Below are positions 10,101 through 18,895 of a stretch of 38,332 nucleotides of DNA, one piece after another. The DNA is from a virus: the UHGV virus genome UHGV-1370146, one strand, 5' to 3'. A program made the position numbers and the translations under genes. Below the pieces are notes generated by a model. It ran no database searches. It had not been told where the DNA came from and saw only the letters and a program-made list of their open reading frames with translations. Each line of letters begins with the position of its first letter. Position 1 is the stretch's first letter.

Positions 10101-10242
10101 TTGCTCCGAAACCTGAAATTGATGATCCAGCACTAGAAACCTTGCTAGAAAGGGTATCTAACTTTGCTCTTGCTCCATCAATCATTTTGTTAAAACTAGA
10201 AGCATCACCAGTGACACGAGCGCTTAATGTATAATCTGCCAT
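7120..10242 (-). CDS. Tail tape measure protein
   Basis: 1040 aa. The N-terminal region is Ala-rich and alpha-helical. The protein contains long hydrophobic repetitive stretches typical of TMP. It lies directly downstream of the G/GT chaperone. Confidence 0.9.
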   Translation of the reverse strand: MADYTLSARVTGDASSFNKMIDGARAKLDTLSSKVSSAGSSISGFGAKTAALGAGMTAAITMPFAKAVKSTADFEQSMNKAALVADGSRKNLDKMKQAALQLAADFPVNAQEVADAMQEMAAKGYASKQIIEMMPGVLSAAAASGEDLAVVSDTVSSALNGFGLEAKDASKVADLLTGTANASAAGVADMGNVFKYAAPAAHNLGISMNDLATVSGVMMNKGLEASQVGTTMRMGLQRLVKPTKASAEAMEELGFSAVDGSGNFKDLRTIIGELNTSLADYTPAQKTAALATIFGTEAASGMAMLLAEGVDGYDKMNSAIEKNSDASKTAAEMQKTLSAAAETMMGSIDALVMSIMGTQTPALAELAKKVGDVADKFNQMPESMKSTIAQGAALLAVLGPVLVIVGTLVMGLGGLVSAFGFLISPIGLVIGAVVALGVAFAAAMIKNEAFREKVLQVFQSVKSTVSGFISEVIPKLQSFASLVGDKLGAVFEKAKPMLQSGFESIKGIFNYLGDLLGPVISKTQPQIGVFIALFAGIATKLSGPLMTVAKLIVSAFTSIGPMLTSIAGSAAGVVGRLVGIFAQLSTGALPVSGILRGIATAVGGLFSPVGIVVAVLAGLIATFVQLMATSSSFRESVTNMIQSVVAAFIPAVTAIKTAITQIVSSVVPVITTLVSQLTAVFKQIIQVVMQLVSAMAPLIATLISQLAPVIANIVTALMNIVSAVAPVLISIIQAIITAIQTMLPIITSIIGVVVNVVTVVISTIGTIVTVVANVIASIMGIVSPIVTFIVGIMSSMMAAISPIIAFIAGVFSTVVSVISGSWNTVMNFTSTIFNAIGGVIGGIGGVVSSAFNSAAGIVSEVMNGIGQTVTGIFDGIQNAWNGLTSFVSGVFDGVGSAVNELVSSVKGFVNDVIGGVNGAVDVINKIPGVSIGSIPYLQSGSTSFQGGFARMNEGGRGEMVVLPSGSQVIPHDASMKYAKEAAKRNVNTNEYDNKESIIYDYRGMNDGAMFVVREEADIDKIALALQKRQERADRRRGIRK

Positions 10243-11033
10243 CTAATCACCTCCATTTTTGGGAGTCTTGATCCCATTAGCTCGATAGATTTTATCGACC
10301 CACGACTTGCCATCGCGTTCTTCGACTTCAAGAACAACTGACATAGCTTCTTGATTAAATTCTTTGTCTGCTTTCGCTGGCCGTTTCTTAAAGAGTTCTT
10401 GAAACCGTGAGCCTTTTTTACGAAGCGCGTTTGTCACAGCGTTGAATACTGCATCTCGAATGTATGTAGTATCGTTGATTGTTTTTTTCTCATACTCCTT
10501 GCGAATGAATCGCTTTTCAGTTTCTGTCAACTCTTGATACTCAGATTTTGAATATCCAAAATTGACAACAAAAAAAGCCAAGTCCATTTCATCTGAGAAT
10601 GGCTTGGCTAATTCTATTTTTCTTTTTTCTTCAGGAGTAGGATCGCTATCATTACCCCAATATTCATAGCTAATGAGGTCTAGCGGAATAAAAAACCTGC
10701 ATCTTTTTGCAGTTTCTCAATAATGAAATTATTAACTGTTAACGCTCCATTTTCTTGAATAAAAGGTTCAAACATTTCTGCTGCTTTCTTTTGTTTAACA
10801 GCTTTCAGATCTTTTGATTCAACTAAACCAAAAGAGAATAAGGCTTCCATCATTTGTAACGACAAAACACCATTATTCTGAACAGCTTCAGCACTAATAC
10901 TTTTCTTAGTGACTAATTCAATCGTTTTGATTTTTTGAGTGTTATAGCGTAATTCATAAATTACCCCATCAACTTCAAACTGACCATCTTCTAATTCTTG
11001 TTCGTCAAATAATTCTGTTGATTCTTCATTCAT
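10243..11033 (-). CDS. Tail assembly chaperone G-T fusion produced by a programmed -1 frameshift
   Basis: The slippery heptamer T_TTT_TTA lies in the G frame at 10695..10689. I translated the -1 frame by hand from that site and it reads ...IPLDLISYEYWGNDSDPTPEEKRKIELAKPFSDEMDLAFFVVNF... with no stop, running into the 10243..10587 ORF. Confidence 0.7.
10680..11033 (-). CDS. Tail assembly chaperone (gpG-like)
   Basis: 117 aa acidic protein immediately upstream of TMP. Ends ...DAGFLFR*. Confidence 0.75.
   Translation of the reverse strand: MNEESTELFDEQELEDGQFEVDGVIYELRYNTQKIKTIELVTKKSISAEAVQNNGVLSLQMMEALFSFGLVESKDLKAVKQKKAAEMFEPFIQENGALTVNNFIIEKLQKDAGFLFR
10689..10695 (-). promoter_or_regulatory. 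-1 ribosomal frameshift slippery site TTTTTTA (X_XXY_YYZ) for G to G-T
   Basis: The mRNA reads ggT TTT TTA ttc cgc tag. The frame offset between the ORFs (start coordinates differ by mod 3 = 2 vs 0) matches a -1 shift. Confidence 0.7.
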
Positions 11034-11046
11034 TTATAGTTTCCTC

Positions 11047-11784
11047 CTAAGATGCTGTAATTGTTACTAAACAAGTCGCTACTTCTTTTGATGATGATGT
11101 AGCAGTAATAATCGCATTTCCCACAGAAACCCCTGTAATTAAACCGGCATCGCTAACAGTGGCAATCGATACATCTGATGATTTCCAAGAAACGGTGTCA
11201 CTTTCTGGCTGAACAGTTGCTGCTAAAGTTTCTGTTGCGTCAACAGTGATTGAAACAGTTGTTTTATCTAGCTTAATCGACGCTGTTCCTTCAGGTAATT
11301 GGTTTGCACCTGAATCTGTCAAATCAACGAGTGCTCCCATACCGTCCAGTTTGATTGAATAAGTCATCGCGTCATCGTATGGAGCTTCTAAAGAATAGTC
11401 CGTTACGATTGCTAGACCGCCGAACATTCCAGTTTTTGATTGCATGTCTAAAACTTTAATGCAGACCGGATCATCACCATCAAAGTATTGACCTAAGACT
11501 TTATGAGACTCGTCATCTCGAACATACAATCCATCATTATCAATCGACCATTCTTTCATACCGCCAATTTTAGATTTCCATCCACCTTTAGTATCTTTAG
11601 ATGTAATCTCGATCGAGTCTTTTGAACGGTTAATAGTCAGTCCTTGTTGTCCGGCAATTGCCAGTAACTTATCACCAGTCATATTAAAAATAGCTAGTAA
11701 GATGTTCTTACCAGCTACTGCTTTTGTTGCTGATTGTGAGAAATCACAATACAATTGATTTTCGAATCCTGTTACTTCTGGCAT
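11047..11784 (-). CDS. Major tail protein with a C-terminal bacterial Ig-like (Big_2-type) domain
   Basis: 245 aa upstream of G/GT. The C-terminus KLDKTTVSITVDATETLAATVQPESDTVSWKSSDVSIATVSDAGLITGVSVGNAIITAT is Big_2-like. Confidence 0.8.
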   Translation of the reverse strand: MPEVTGFENQLYCDFSQSATKAVAGKNILLAIFNMTGDKLLAIAGQQGLTINRSKDSIEITSKDTKGGWKSKIGGMKEWSIDNDGLYVRDDESHKVLGQYFDGDDPVCIKVLDMQSKTGMFGGLAIVTDYSLEAPYDDAMTYSIKLDGMGALVDLTDSGANQLPEGTASIKLDKTTVSITVDATETLAATVQPESDTVSWKSSDVSIATVSDAGLITGVSVGNAIITATSSSKEVATCLVTITAS

Positions 11785-11796
11785 ATTTACGCCCTC

Positions 11797-12210
11797 CTAA
11801 ATTTTATATTTGAATCCATATGTAATGGTCAATGAATAACCCATTACTGCATGTTTTGTTTTGTCTTCGTCATCGAGGATTCGTTGAGCTCCTTCTGGCT
11901 TTTGTAACAAAAGATCATAGCCTTCTGGTAGTTGAACCTCCTCTGTCATTGCAGATCTTATTTTGTCGACCACATCAAAAATGGGCTGAGAGGATTGTTT
12001 TCCATCAGCCCATCCATGAATATAAATTTGAAATTTATCCCTCCACATCGTTTTCGATGGAACAGGATCTAGTCCGACAATCTCAGCGTGTATAAATGGC
12101 CGATTTTGATTCTTTTCGAAATGATCAAAGACCGGTATATCATCGATATTCTTTTCCAAAAGATCAATGACTCCCGCTAGAACGTCGACGAATGATAATT
12201 GTTGAATCAC
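11797..12210 (-). CDS. Tail terminator / tail completion protein
   Basis: 137 aa, assigned by position between the head-tail joining genes and MTP. Confidence 0.5.
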   Translation of the reverse strand: MIQQLSFVDVLAGVIDLLEKNIDDIPVFDHFEKNQNRPFIHAEIVGLDPVPSKTMWRDKFQIYIHGWADGKQSSQPIFDVVDKIRSAMTEEVQLPEGYDLLLQKPEGAQRILDDEDKTKHAVMGYSLTITYGFKYKI

Positions 12211-12214
12211 GCTA

Positions 12215-12595
12215 TCACTTCCTTAATTCGTTAATCATGTCAGCTTTGTACGTTTCTTTTTGGGTATCAACGTTTTTCTTCAAGAAGTATTGTCCTGGTA
12301 CAAAACTGCCACCACCTCGTGTCATATGACCAAACTCAACATGTGGTCCATAGTCTTTACTGTATCCTGTTTCATCTCCAGTATAAGACATGGAAATTCG
12401 CAATTCCCCTTGATCATAAGGTGTTCCACCGGATGCCGGAACAGCTCCATTTTGATAATACTGATCTTGGCCACGAGTGTAGATATCTCTTAACTGTTTT
12501 CTTTGAACTCCTACAAAATCAGCATTGCCCTTCCTGATCATCTCAGCTTCCAATGCTTCAATACCGTAAAAGCGAATCATAAATTCAGAAGCCAT
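12215..12595 (-). CDS. Head-tail joining protein (HK97 gp10-like position)
   Basis: 126 aa. Assignment is by synteny. Confidence 0.45.
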   Translation of the reverse strand: MASEFMIRFYGIEALEAEMIRKGNADFVGVQRKQLRDIYTRGQDQYYQNGAVPASGGTPYDQGELRISMSYTGDETGYSKDYGPHVEFGHMTRGGGSFVPGQYFLKKNVDTQKETYKADMINELRK

Positions 12596-12599
12596 TTAA

Positions 12600-12911
12600 T
12601 CACTTCCCGTATGATTTTAAATAAACGATTCTCCAACGATCATCGTCTTCACCTTTGATTTCCTCGATTGAATATTGATCACCATTCAACTCAAGACATA
12701 CGGCTTGTTCCAATCTACTACGACACAGTGTAGTTACTGCCTTTTGGAGCTGTTTGGAAACGATACGATTGTCTAGTGAAATTTCAGTTGCCGTCCAGAT
12801 GGATTTACGACCCTCACCTACAAAAAAAGAACTTAGCTCATAGATTGGATTATGAAGTTTATCCTGTCCGATTTTTTTATTTTCAAATAATTCGATCGGG
12901 TAAAGATTCAC
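12600..12911 (-). CDS. Head closure / head-tail adaptor protein
   Basis: 103 aa. Assignment is by synteny. Confidence 0.45.
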   Translation of the reverse strand: MNLYPIELFENKKIGQDKLHNPIYELSSFFVGEGRKSIWTATEISLDNRIVSKQLQKAVTTLCRSRLEQAVCLELNGDQYSIEEIKGEDDDRWRIVYLKSYGK

Positions 12912-13276
12912 ATGAACACCAGCTTTCCATTTTGGCTGTCGTCTTCTTGATCTAATGTCTTTTTGTAATTGGAAAACTCCCTGTCATACTCGCTAAGCAG
13001 TCCATTCACGAAAGTGACACTCATAACATCCACGCCTTCGCTGGTTATGCCTTCATGATATTTACGTCGATACATAGCTAGAACCACGTCAACAGCGATA
13101 GAATTAAAGGCCTCGGGAAATTCCGCAAGGCCTGCATACAATTTAATTCTATCTATTGCTGTTTCTGTATACTCAGATACTAGCTCAAGCTGTTCTTTCA
13201 ATTTTGGTTCACGAATTCCTACTCGTTCAACAATCGTTTCTTTCGGTTCCTTAGTTTCGCTTCCCACATTGATCAC
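12908..13276 (-). CDS. Head-tail connector (gp6-like) protein
   Basis: 122 aa directly downstream of the major capsid gene. Confidence 0.45.
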   Translation of the reverse strand: MINVGSETKEPKETIVERVGIREPKLKEQLELVSEYTETAIDRIKLYAGLAEFPEAFNSIAVDVVLAMYRRKYHEGITSEGVDVMSVTFVNGLLSEYDREFSNYKKTLDQEDDSQNGKLVFM

Positions 13277-13278
13277 TC

Positions 13279-14232
13279 CTAGCCTTCTCCGCCACCAGTT
13301 CCACCTGTTACTGGTTCTGTAATCGTAGTTTCGATAACGCCGTTTTGAATTTCAGCAAACAGCTGAACACCTTCAACAGCGATCGTTTCTTTTGTTAAAT
13401 TGTTCTTAACAGTGTCATGAGTAACTCCGATCAAACCAGTTTGATCAGTGGTTAATTCAAACTCTGCTGCAAAATCAGAACTTGAAACATCTGCGTTTGC
13501 CAAAACAATATTATTTACTGCAGTAGTGTAAATTTTACCCTGTGGGATATTGTCGAATACTAAAACAGTTTGACTCAAGAATCCAGTTAGCAAGGTAAAA
13601 CCATATGCTGTCGATGGTCCTGATTGAATGGGTGCTTGACCTAAATATTTTGCAACATCGGTCGCGTTAACCATTGAAATAATTGACACGTTCCCTTTAA
13701 AGAACTCCTTTGTCTTAGCCCATCCCATTGATAGTGCAGCTTGGAATCCTTCAACATCTTGTTTTGTTGGATTAGAAGCAAGGTAAGTAAAGAATTGACC
13801 TTTGATAGCTTCTTGGATTTCTTCCAAGATTTTTTCGTCAGTTTCGTTTATTGCAGCATCACTACCAACACGGCGAATAGATTCTGCAGAAACTGCTTTA
13901 CGATATTTGTGCAACGGAACTTGGTAAGCAGGACCTTTTACTTTCTTAACTTTAGAAAGTGGAATTAACTCGCCTTCACCAACCGCATTGTCAGCTGCCA
14001 TTGTAGTTTCATATTTGTATGTTTGAATCTTCTCATCACCAGTCAAAGTCATGCGCCGTGTAACACCTAAAACTTGCAGCAATTCCTCAATTGAATATCC
14101 AAATAGATTTACAAAATCAATGGAGCGAACTTCTCCAAGATCATTAGCCACTGTTAAACCATCTTCCGCAGCGAAAGTCTGCAGGTTCATTTCCATTAAA
14201 CGTTCTTTATTTGTTTTGGACATGTTTTTCAT
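13279..14232 (-). CDS. Major capsid protein
   Basis: 317 aa following the scaffold gene. RBS GGAGGAAT. The N-terminus MKNMSKTNKERLMEMNLQTFAAEDG contains an L27-like N-L-Q-x-F-A motif. Confidence 0.75.
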   Translation of the reverse strand: MKNMSKTNKERLMEMNLQTFAAEDGLTVANDLGEVRSIDFVNLFGYSIEELLQVLGVTRRMTLTGDEKIQTYKYETTMAADNAVGEGELIPLSKVKKVKGPAYQVPLHKYRKAVSAESIRRVGSDAAINETDEKILEEIQEAIKGQFFTYLASNPTKQDVEGFQAALSMGWAKTKEFFKGNVSIISMVNATDVAKYLGQAPIQSGPSTAYGFTLLTGFLSQTVLVFDNIPQGKIYTTAVNNIVLANADVSSSDFAAEFELTTDQTGLIGVTHDTVKNNLTKETIAVEGVQLFAEIQNGVIETTITEPVTGGTGGGEG

Positions 14233-14248
14233 GTATGATTCCTCCTAA

Positions 14249-14908
14249 TTATCTAAAAAGATGAATGTTTTCTTTAATTGCTTTTTGACGCTCTGCCGGA
14301 TTTTTAATTTCCATGATTTCTTTTTTAGTTAATTGTTTCCCTGGCGTCAGATTTACTTGTGGAGATTTTCCAGTTAACGCTTGTTTCATTTTTATTTCAG
14401 CAGTTTTATCGACTAAAGAAATAAACTTTGTCACAGCTTCTTTCGTTCCCTCTGCAGTCTCTTTAACAACAAAGTCAAGTGTTTCTTCATCCGCAGCAAT
14501 TGAAGCCTCAGAAAGCATTTTAGAGGCTTCTTTAGACATAGCCGCTAAATTGTCTTTTTTCTCAAGCTCACTAATTCGATCTAGCAATTTTTGCTTTTCA
14601 TGCTCTGCCTTCTCGTTTTCATTCATGTTAGCGAGCCGTTCGGCTTCTTTTTGTTTAGCTTCTTGTTCTTTTTGCCATTTAGATTTTTTGCCTTTGATGA
14701 TAGAGTCAACCTCAGTATTATCTTTAAAGCCGTATTTTTCCTTTAATGTCTGAATTTGATCATCTGTAAGATTATCTAGATTTACTTCCGATTCTTCAAT
14801 CGTTGTTCCTTCGCCGGTTCCTTCTGCGCTTTGTTGGCCACCCGCAGCACCGTTATCTTCGGCAAAAAATTGCAATCTCATAGACATTAAATTCATTTTG
14901 TTGTACAT
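14249..14908 (-). CDS. Scaffolding protein
   Basis: Coiled-coil, E/K-rich. The likely start is MYNKMNLMSMRLQFFAEDNG, with RBS GGAAGGAG 8 nt upstream. It contains an L-Q-F-F-A motif. Confidence 0.7.
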   Translation of the reverse strand: MYNKMNLMSMRLQFFAEDNGAAGGQQSAEGTGEGTTIEESEVNLDNLTDDQIQTLKEKYGFKDNTEVDSIIKGKKSKWQKEQEAKQKEAERLANMNENEKAEHEKQKLLDRISELEKKDNLAAMSKEASKMLSEASIAADEETLDFVVKETAEGTKEAVTKFISLVDKTAEIKMKQALTGKSPQVNLTPGKQLTKKEIMEIKNPAERQKAIKENIHLFR

Positions 14909-14987
14909 GGTGGTTTCTCCTTCCATAGCTTTTAACGTGGATCAATGCTTGCACTTCCATAGCTTTTAACGCCTTCCATGCCTGGGC

Positions 14988-15014
14988 AAAATAAAAAGTC
15001 CTATTTTTAGGACT
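14988..15014 (-). terminator. Rho-independent terminator between the small ORF and the scaffold gene
   Basis: On the minus strand: AGTCCTaaaaatAGGACT followed by TTTTATTTT. Confidence 0.5.
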
Positions 15015-15246
15015 GCATATCATCAATTATTTGTGTTTTACCAACTTCCATCATCCCGATTATCGGAAAACTACCTTCTTGACTAAAGAATGTTTCAACA
15101 CTTCCGGATGGGTATTGGACAGTAACACATATTTGTTCAAAATCCTTGGCTTCTTCAAACACCCATGCTAAAAATTCTTCGTTAGTTTGACCACGCTCTT
15201 TTTTTCTTTTCGCTTGTTTGAAGTCCAAATGATTACCCCCGTTCAT
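15007..15246 (-). CDS. Hypothetical small phage protein
   Basis: About 80 aa. Overlaps the end of the gp7-like gene. Confidence 0.4.
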   Translation of the reverse strand: MNGGNHLDFKQAKRKKERGQTNEEFLAWVFEEAKDFEQICVTVQYPSGSVETFFSQEGSFPIIGMMEVGKTQIIDDMQS

Positions 15247-16141
15247 TATTTTCAATTGGAACTACAGTCGATCTGCAAAAGCTGTGCATTGGCGGAGCAT
15301 TCAGGCCAGGAGAATAGTCTTTGAACTCAAAGACCTCTTCATTTAAGGTTTGGCATATAGTGGATGTTCTATTATCCATTATTGCTGAAAAACGATACTT
15401 CTTAATACCCTCTCGCATAAAAGCATCCGCATTCGCTTGGTTCGTAAAGAAGGCCGACTCAGTCCAAACGAGACGCTTTGCATAGAATTTCCCAACGTCC
15501 ATTCTACGCAACAGACTTTTAACGAGATCGTCATAGTTGACTCCGGAAACAAGTCCATTTTTCAAATCGTTTGTGATCCAATTTCTTAAAGTGTCTTTGT
15601 TATCCCAAATACGATCTGAATAGTTCTTTTCATTGAACCATTTATTATCTAAAGCCTGTTTTAATAGCGAATTATTGATACTAAAAAAGCTAGACGTGTG
15701 TTCCAAATTCTTCATAGTGGACATGTAACCAAACCCATAGGATGAAGAAAGATATTCTTTCATCATAGAGTCCTCAATAGCTCCAAGTTCCGCTACTTTA
15801 ATCCGAATCGACATTTCTAGTCCTTCAAGTCTATTCAGTTTATAAATGTTCTGTCTGACCGGCAGTAGTTTGGAATATTCAGGATGTTTACTTACAAAAT
15901 CGTCAAAATTTTTAAATACTGACTCACGATCTGCTGCAGACATTTGTGACATTAGAGTTCGATATTCGAGAATGTCATCATTCCCATAAGCCTGATAGTA
16001 ATAAGCGATCTCTTTTTGAAGATCGCTTAAAAGAGAGTCGTATTCTTTTAAGAGTTTCTTGGTAAAAGCTGCATCTCTTTTATCAAGGCCAGAAAGAAGC
16101 AGTTCTTGACGCTTCAGCCAATATTGATCAGATCGAGCCAT
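15233..16141 (-). CDS. Head morphogenesis / minor capsid protein, SPP1 gp7-like (Mu F-like)
   Basis: 302 aa after the portal. The C-terminal region ...WTESAFFTNQANADAF...RFSAIMDNRTSTICQTLNEEVF...HSFCRSTVVPI is typical of this family. Confidence 0.8.
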   Translation of the reverse strand: MARSDQYWLKRQELLLSGLDKRDAAFTKKLLKEYDSLLSDLQKEIAYYYQAYGNDDILEYRTLMSQMSAADRESVFKNFDDFVSKHPEYSKLLPVRQNIYKLNRLEGLEMSIRIKVAELGAIEDSMMKEYLSSSYGFGYMSTMKNLEHTSSFFSINNSLLKQALDNKWFNEKNYSDRIWDNKDTLRNWITNDLKNGLVSGVNYDDLVKSLLRRMDVGKFYAKRLVWTESAFFTNQANADAFMREGIKKYRFSAIMDNRTSTICQTLNEEVFEFKDYSPGLNAPPMHSFCRSTVVPIENNERG

Positions 16142-16145
16142 CTAA

Positions 16146-17492
16146 TCAACTCCTATCAATTCGACTAAAATTATCAGTTACGGCCCCGCCAGATTCTTCT
16201 TTCATTTGCTCCGCAGTCGCTTTCGGGTCTTTAACAGTAGAAACCATTGAAACGCGATCTTCCAACGGTAATAGACCTGCAGCTTCTTGTGCTGCTTGGA
16301 TTTCCGAAAGTACATCTTTTGGAATATTTCTATGAAAAGTAAATTCTAAATTGAACCATTCCTCTGACTGACTTGAGGGTACGTTAGTAGGTAAGCGGAA
16401 AAGCATCTTAAAACGTCGATTCATTCCACTAGTGAACTTCCTTTCTGCAGCAAGAGCTAAGTTTTCCATTTCCTGGAGTTTAAAAAGGAGGCCTACGCCA
16501 GAAGCATTACCGAACGATTCACTATTTAAGTTGGTAACCATAGCCATCTGATAGATCAACTTTTCCAATCGATCAAGCAAGTGTTCTTGTGAACTGTCTC
16601 CATCAGGCTTTTGAAGAAATTCAACAACGATATTTTTAATTTGCTCTGGATCGTCAGTACCAAAAAAATTAATTATTCGGTTATCTCGAATTTTTTGCAG
16701 GCCATCTTTATCAAGTTGAACTCCCAAAATAGCTAAATAAGCATCGGCAAAATAATCGACGTCGTTCGCTTTTTCAGATAAGGCTTTATTAAAAGCATTG
16801 ATCATCGAAATGACTGGTTCAAAGATGCCTTGCCTTTCATCATTATTCACATATTCAATCACTGGAACATCTTGGTAATAATGTGGATGATCATTGATAA
16901 TCTGATAACCTTTCTCTCCCTGGATAAAATCATAAACTTTATCACTCGTATAAATCTCGCCTTGAAGTCTGTTATCCTCATTGAGATAGTAACGAACGGC
17001 AAAAAAAGGACGTTGTGCAATTGTGTCGTCGTACACCATAAACATATCGAGAGGTGAATTATAAGTTATACAAGTTTCCGTATTTTCATTTTGATAAAGA
17101 AATTCATATGCACGACCATAAATTCGAACAAGCTTCGAAAGTTCTGCATTATTATCGTCTTGATCATTTAATTTCATTAACCTATTCACCTGCTTAGACA
17201 ATTCTGGATCTTCGTGTGAAACAGTAACAGGTTTCCCCATAAAGTAACCGTTAAATGTCTCTACAACGTAACGTGCAAAGTTGGCCACAATTCGATTATC
17301 AGGCTTGTATGAGTCTTTTTCTTCTGCATCAACAATCGCATGGCGACCACGATACATCTTCCAAAGCATCTCATAACGGCTAATTTCTGCTTTGTGCTTG
17401 CTAATGTAATAAGCAAGTAAAGCACTATCGATCTCTTTTGAAGGATCGCAAGTCATAACCTTTGGTGGATCGAAAAATTCATCTTTCATCAA
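16146..17492 (-). CDS. Portal protein (SPP1 gp6-like)
   Basis: 448 aa between TerL and the gp7-like gene. Overlaps the TerL stop. Confidence 0.85.
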   Translation of the reverse strand: MMKDEFFDPPKVMTCDPSKEIDSALLAYYISKHKAEISRYEMLWKMYRGRHAIVDAEEKDSYKPDNRIVANFARYVVETFNGYFMGKPVTVSHEDPELSKQVNRLMKLNDQDDNNAELSKLVRIYGRAYEFLYQNENTETCITYNSPLDMFMVYDDTIAQRPFFAVRYYLNEDNRLQGEIYTSDKVYDFIQGEKGYQIINDHPHYYQDVPVIEYVNNDERQGIFEPVISMINAFNKALSEKANDVDYFADAYLAILGVQLDKDGLQKIRDNRIINFFGTDDPEQIKNIVVEFLQKPDGDSSQEHLLDRLEKLIYQMAMVTNLNSESFGNASGVGLLFKLQEMENLALAAERKFTSGMNRRFKMLFRLPTNVPSSQSEEWFNLEFTFHRNIPKDVLSEIQAAQEAAGLLPLEDRVSMVSTVKDPKATAEQMKEESGGAVTDNFSRIDRS

Positions 17493-18895
17493 ATTCCTCC
17501 TTTCATGAATTGAACACCAACAACTGGCGGTTCATAGAATGCCATCACGACAGCTTCTGCTCTATCGGGAGAAGGCAATCCCCTTTTTTTCATTTCTTTT
17601 TTTCGCTCAATCAATACTTTCCCTTTGGAAGTCATTGAGTAACGACGAATCGACAATTGAGCCATCAGATCGTCATCGTTGGGTAATATAATTGTCTCTA
17701 AATAATCTTCTTTAAACTTGCCGTACATCATCGAGATAATACCGTCATAATCCTTATTCCCTTTACTAGCAAAATTGATCGGATGGATAGTCAACCATTC
17801 CAAATCATCTTCATAGACAATTTCCCTAAGCCTATCAGTAACACCACCACCAACACCAGTATCATCAAGCTTGATTCTTATTTGATGATTTGGATAAAGC
17901 TCATGCAACCTATTCGATTCTTTTATTACGAGTCCGACCGTTTTCATCAAGTCTTGGCCTTGAAAGCTTTTCAGTTTCAGACAAATAGCCCCGATCCTTG
18001 AAGCCATTACAGTTTCATCATCGCCAAATCGAGCGACGTCAAGCCCTATATCAATTGGTGCATGACTTGGAATGTCATAAAGATTACGACTTAGATCAAT
18101 AGCTTCATAGTTTTCTGGTAGCTCTCTATTGATCGCTGCCTCGACCGCAGTAAGAGATATCCAAGCATTTGGCTCTCCAAGAGGGAAATCGCCATCCACA
18201 CGAACTCGAACAACATCAGAATCTTTACCATACCTACGAATTAACCGATCAATATTCTTTTTGTTGGTGCGAGACGAATCAAGAGAAGATACTTTTCTAT
18301 TCACCCAATCGGCGCGATCCTTGTGAAAGGCATCAAAAAAAATCCCACTAGTTTTAGTAGGATTAGCCATCATAATTATTTTGTTGTTTTCACCGGATAA
18401 CGTTCCAAGTATCGCCTCCATTATCCGATCGTCAATCCCTGACGCTTCGTCAACTACGAATAGCATGTTGTCCTCGTGGAATCCTTGCATGTTTTCAGGA
18501 CGTGTAGCCGTCTTGGCAGTAGCAAACCATCGCTGTTCACTACCGATCATATAAACTTTAGTCTTTGTCCATTTTAGAATGTTCTTGATCTTTGAATCAA
18601 CTAACCACTTTGCGACCTCAGCCCACAGAACCTCATTTAACTGTTGTTTAGTTGGTGCGGTACAAATCACCTTAGCATTACTGAAACACACCAGAAACCA
18701 CAAAATAATGACTGCTTCGACCGATGTTTTACCAACACCTTGTCCTGATCTAATTGCTACTTGATCATGATCACGAATATCATTCAGCGCTCCGCTTTGC
18801 CATTCGTCCGGAACAAATCCAAGAGCTTGTTTAGCAAATATCACAGGATTTTCACGCCAAATTCGAACCAATTGTTTCATTGCTGATCTATTCAT
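17489..18895 (-). CDS. Terminase large subunit
   Basis: Walker A GQGVGKT and Walker B FVVDEASGI. A C-terminal nuclease-like region is present. 468 aa. Confidence 0.9.
   Translation of the reverse strand: MNRSAMKQLVRIWRENPVIFAKQALGFVPDEWQSGALNDIRDHDQVAIRSGQGVGKTSVEAVIILWFLVCFSNAKVICTAPTKQQLNEVLWAEVAKWLVDSKIKNILKWTKTKVYMIGSEQRWFATAKTATRPENMQGFHEDNMLFVVDEASGIDDRIMEAILGTLSGENNKIIMMANPTKTSGIFFDAFHKDRADWVNRKVSSLDSSRTNKKNIDRLIRRYGKDSDVVRVRVDGDFPLGEPNAWISLTAVEAAINRELPENYEAIDLSRNLYDIPSHAPIDIGLDVARFGDDETVMASRIGAICLKLKSFQGQDLMKTVGLVIKESNRLHELYPNHQIRIKLDDTGVGGGVTDRLREIVYEDDLEWLTIHPINFASKGNKDYDGIISMMYGKFKEDYLETIILPNDDDLMAQLSIRRYSMTSKGKVLIERKKEMKKRGLPSPDRAEAVVMAFYEPPVVGVQFMKGGI

Noticed and set aside
7724-10234. 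Four + strand ORFs (7724..8026, 8825..9076, 9581..9871, 10004..10234) inside the tape-measure gene
   Set aside because: These are antisense ORFs created by the Ala/Gly/Val-rich repetitive TMP codons. The TMP frame is continuous for 1040 codons.
11832-14753. + strand ORFs 11832..12095, 12260..12537, 13741..13968, 14051..14248, 14313..14753
   Set aside because: They are antisense to head and connector genes, mostly with hydrophobic or low-complexity translations and no SD sequences.
16830-18764. + strand ORFs inside portal and terminase genes (16830..17057, 17783..18001, 18129..18351, 18579..18764)
   Set aside because: They are antisense to strongly supported CDSs with Walker motifs and portal synteny.
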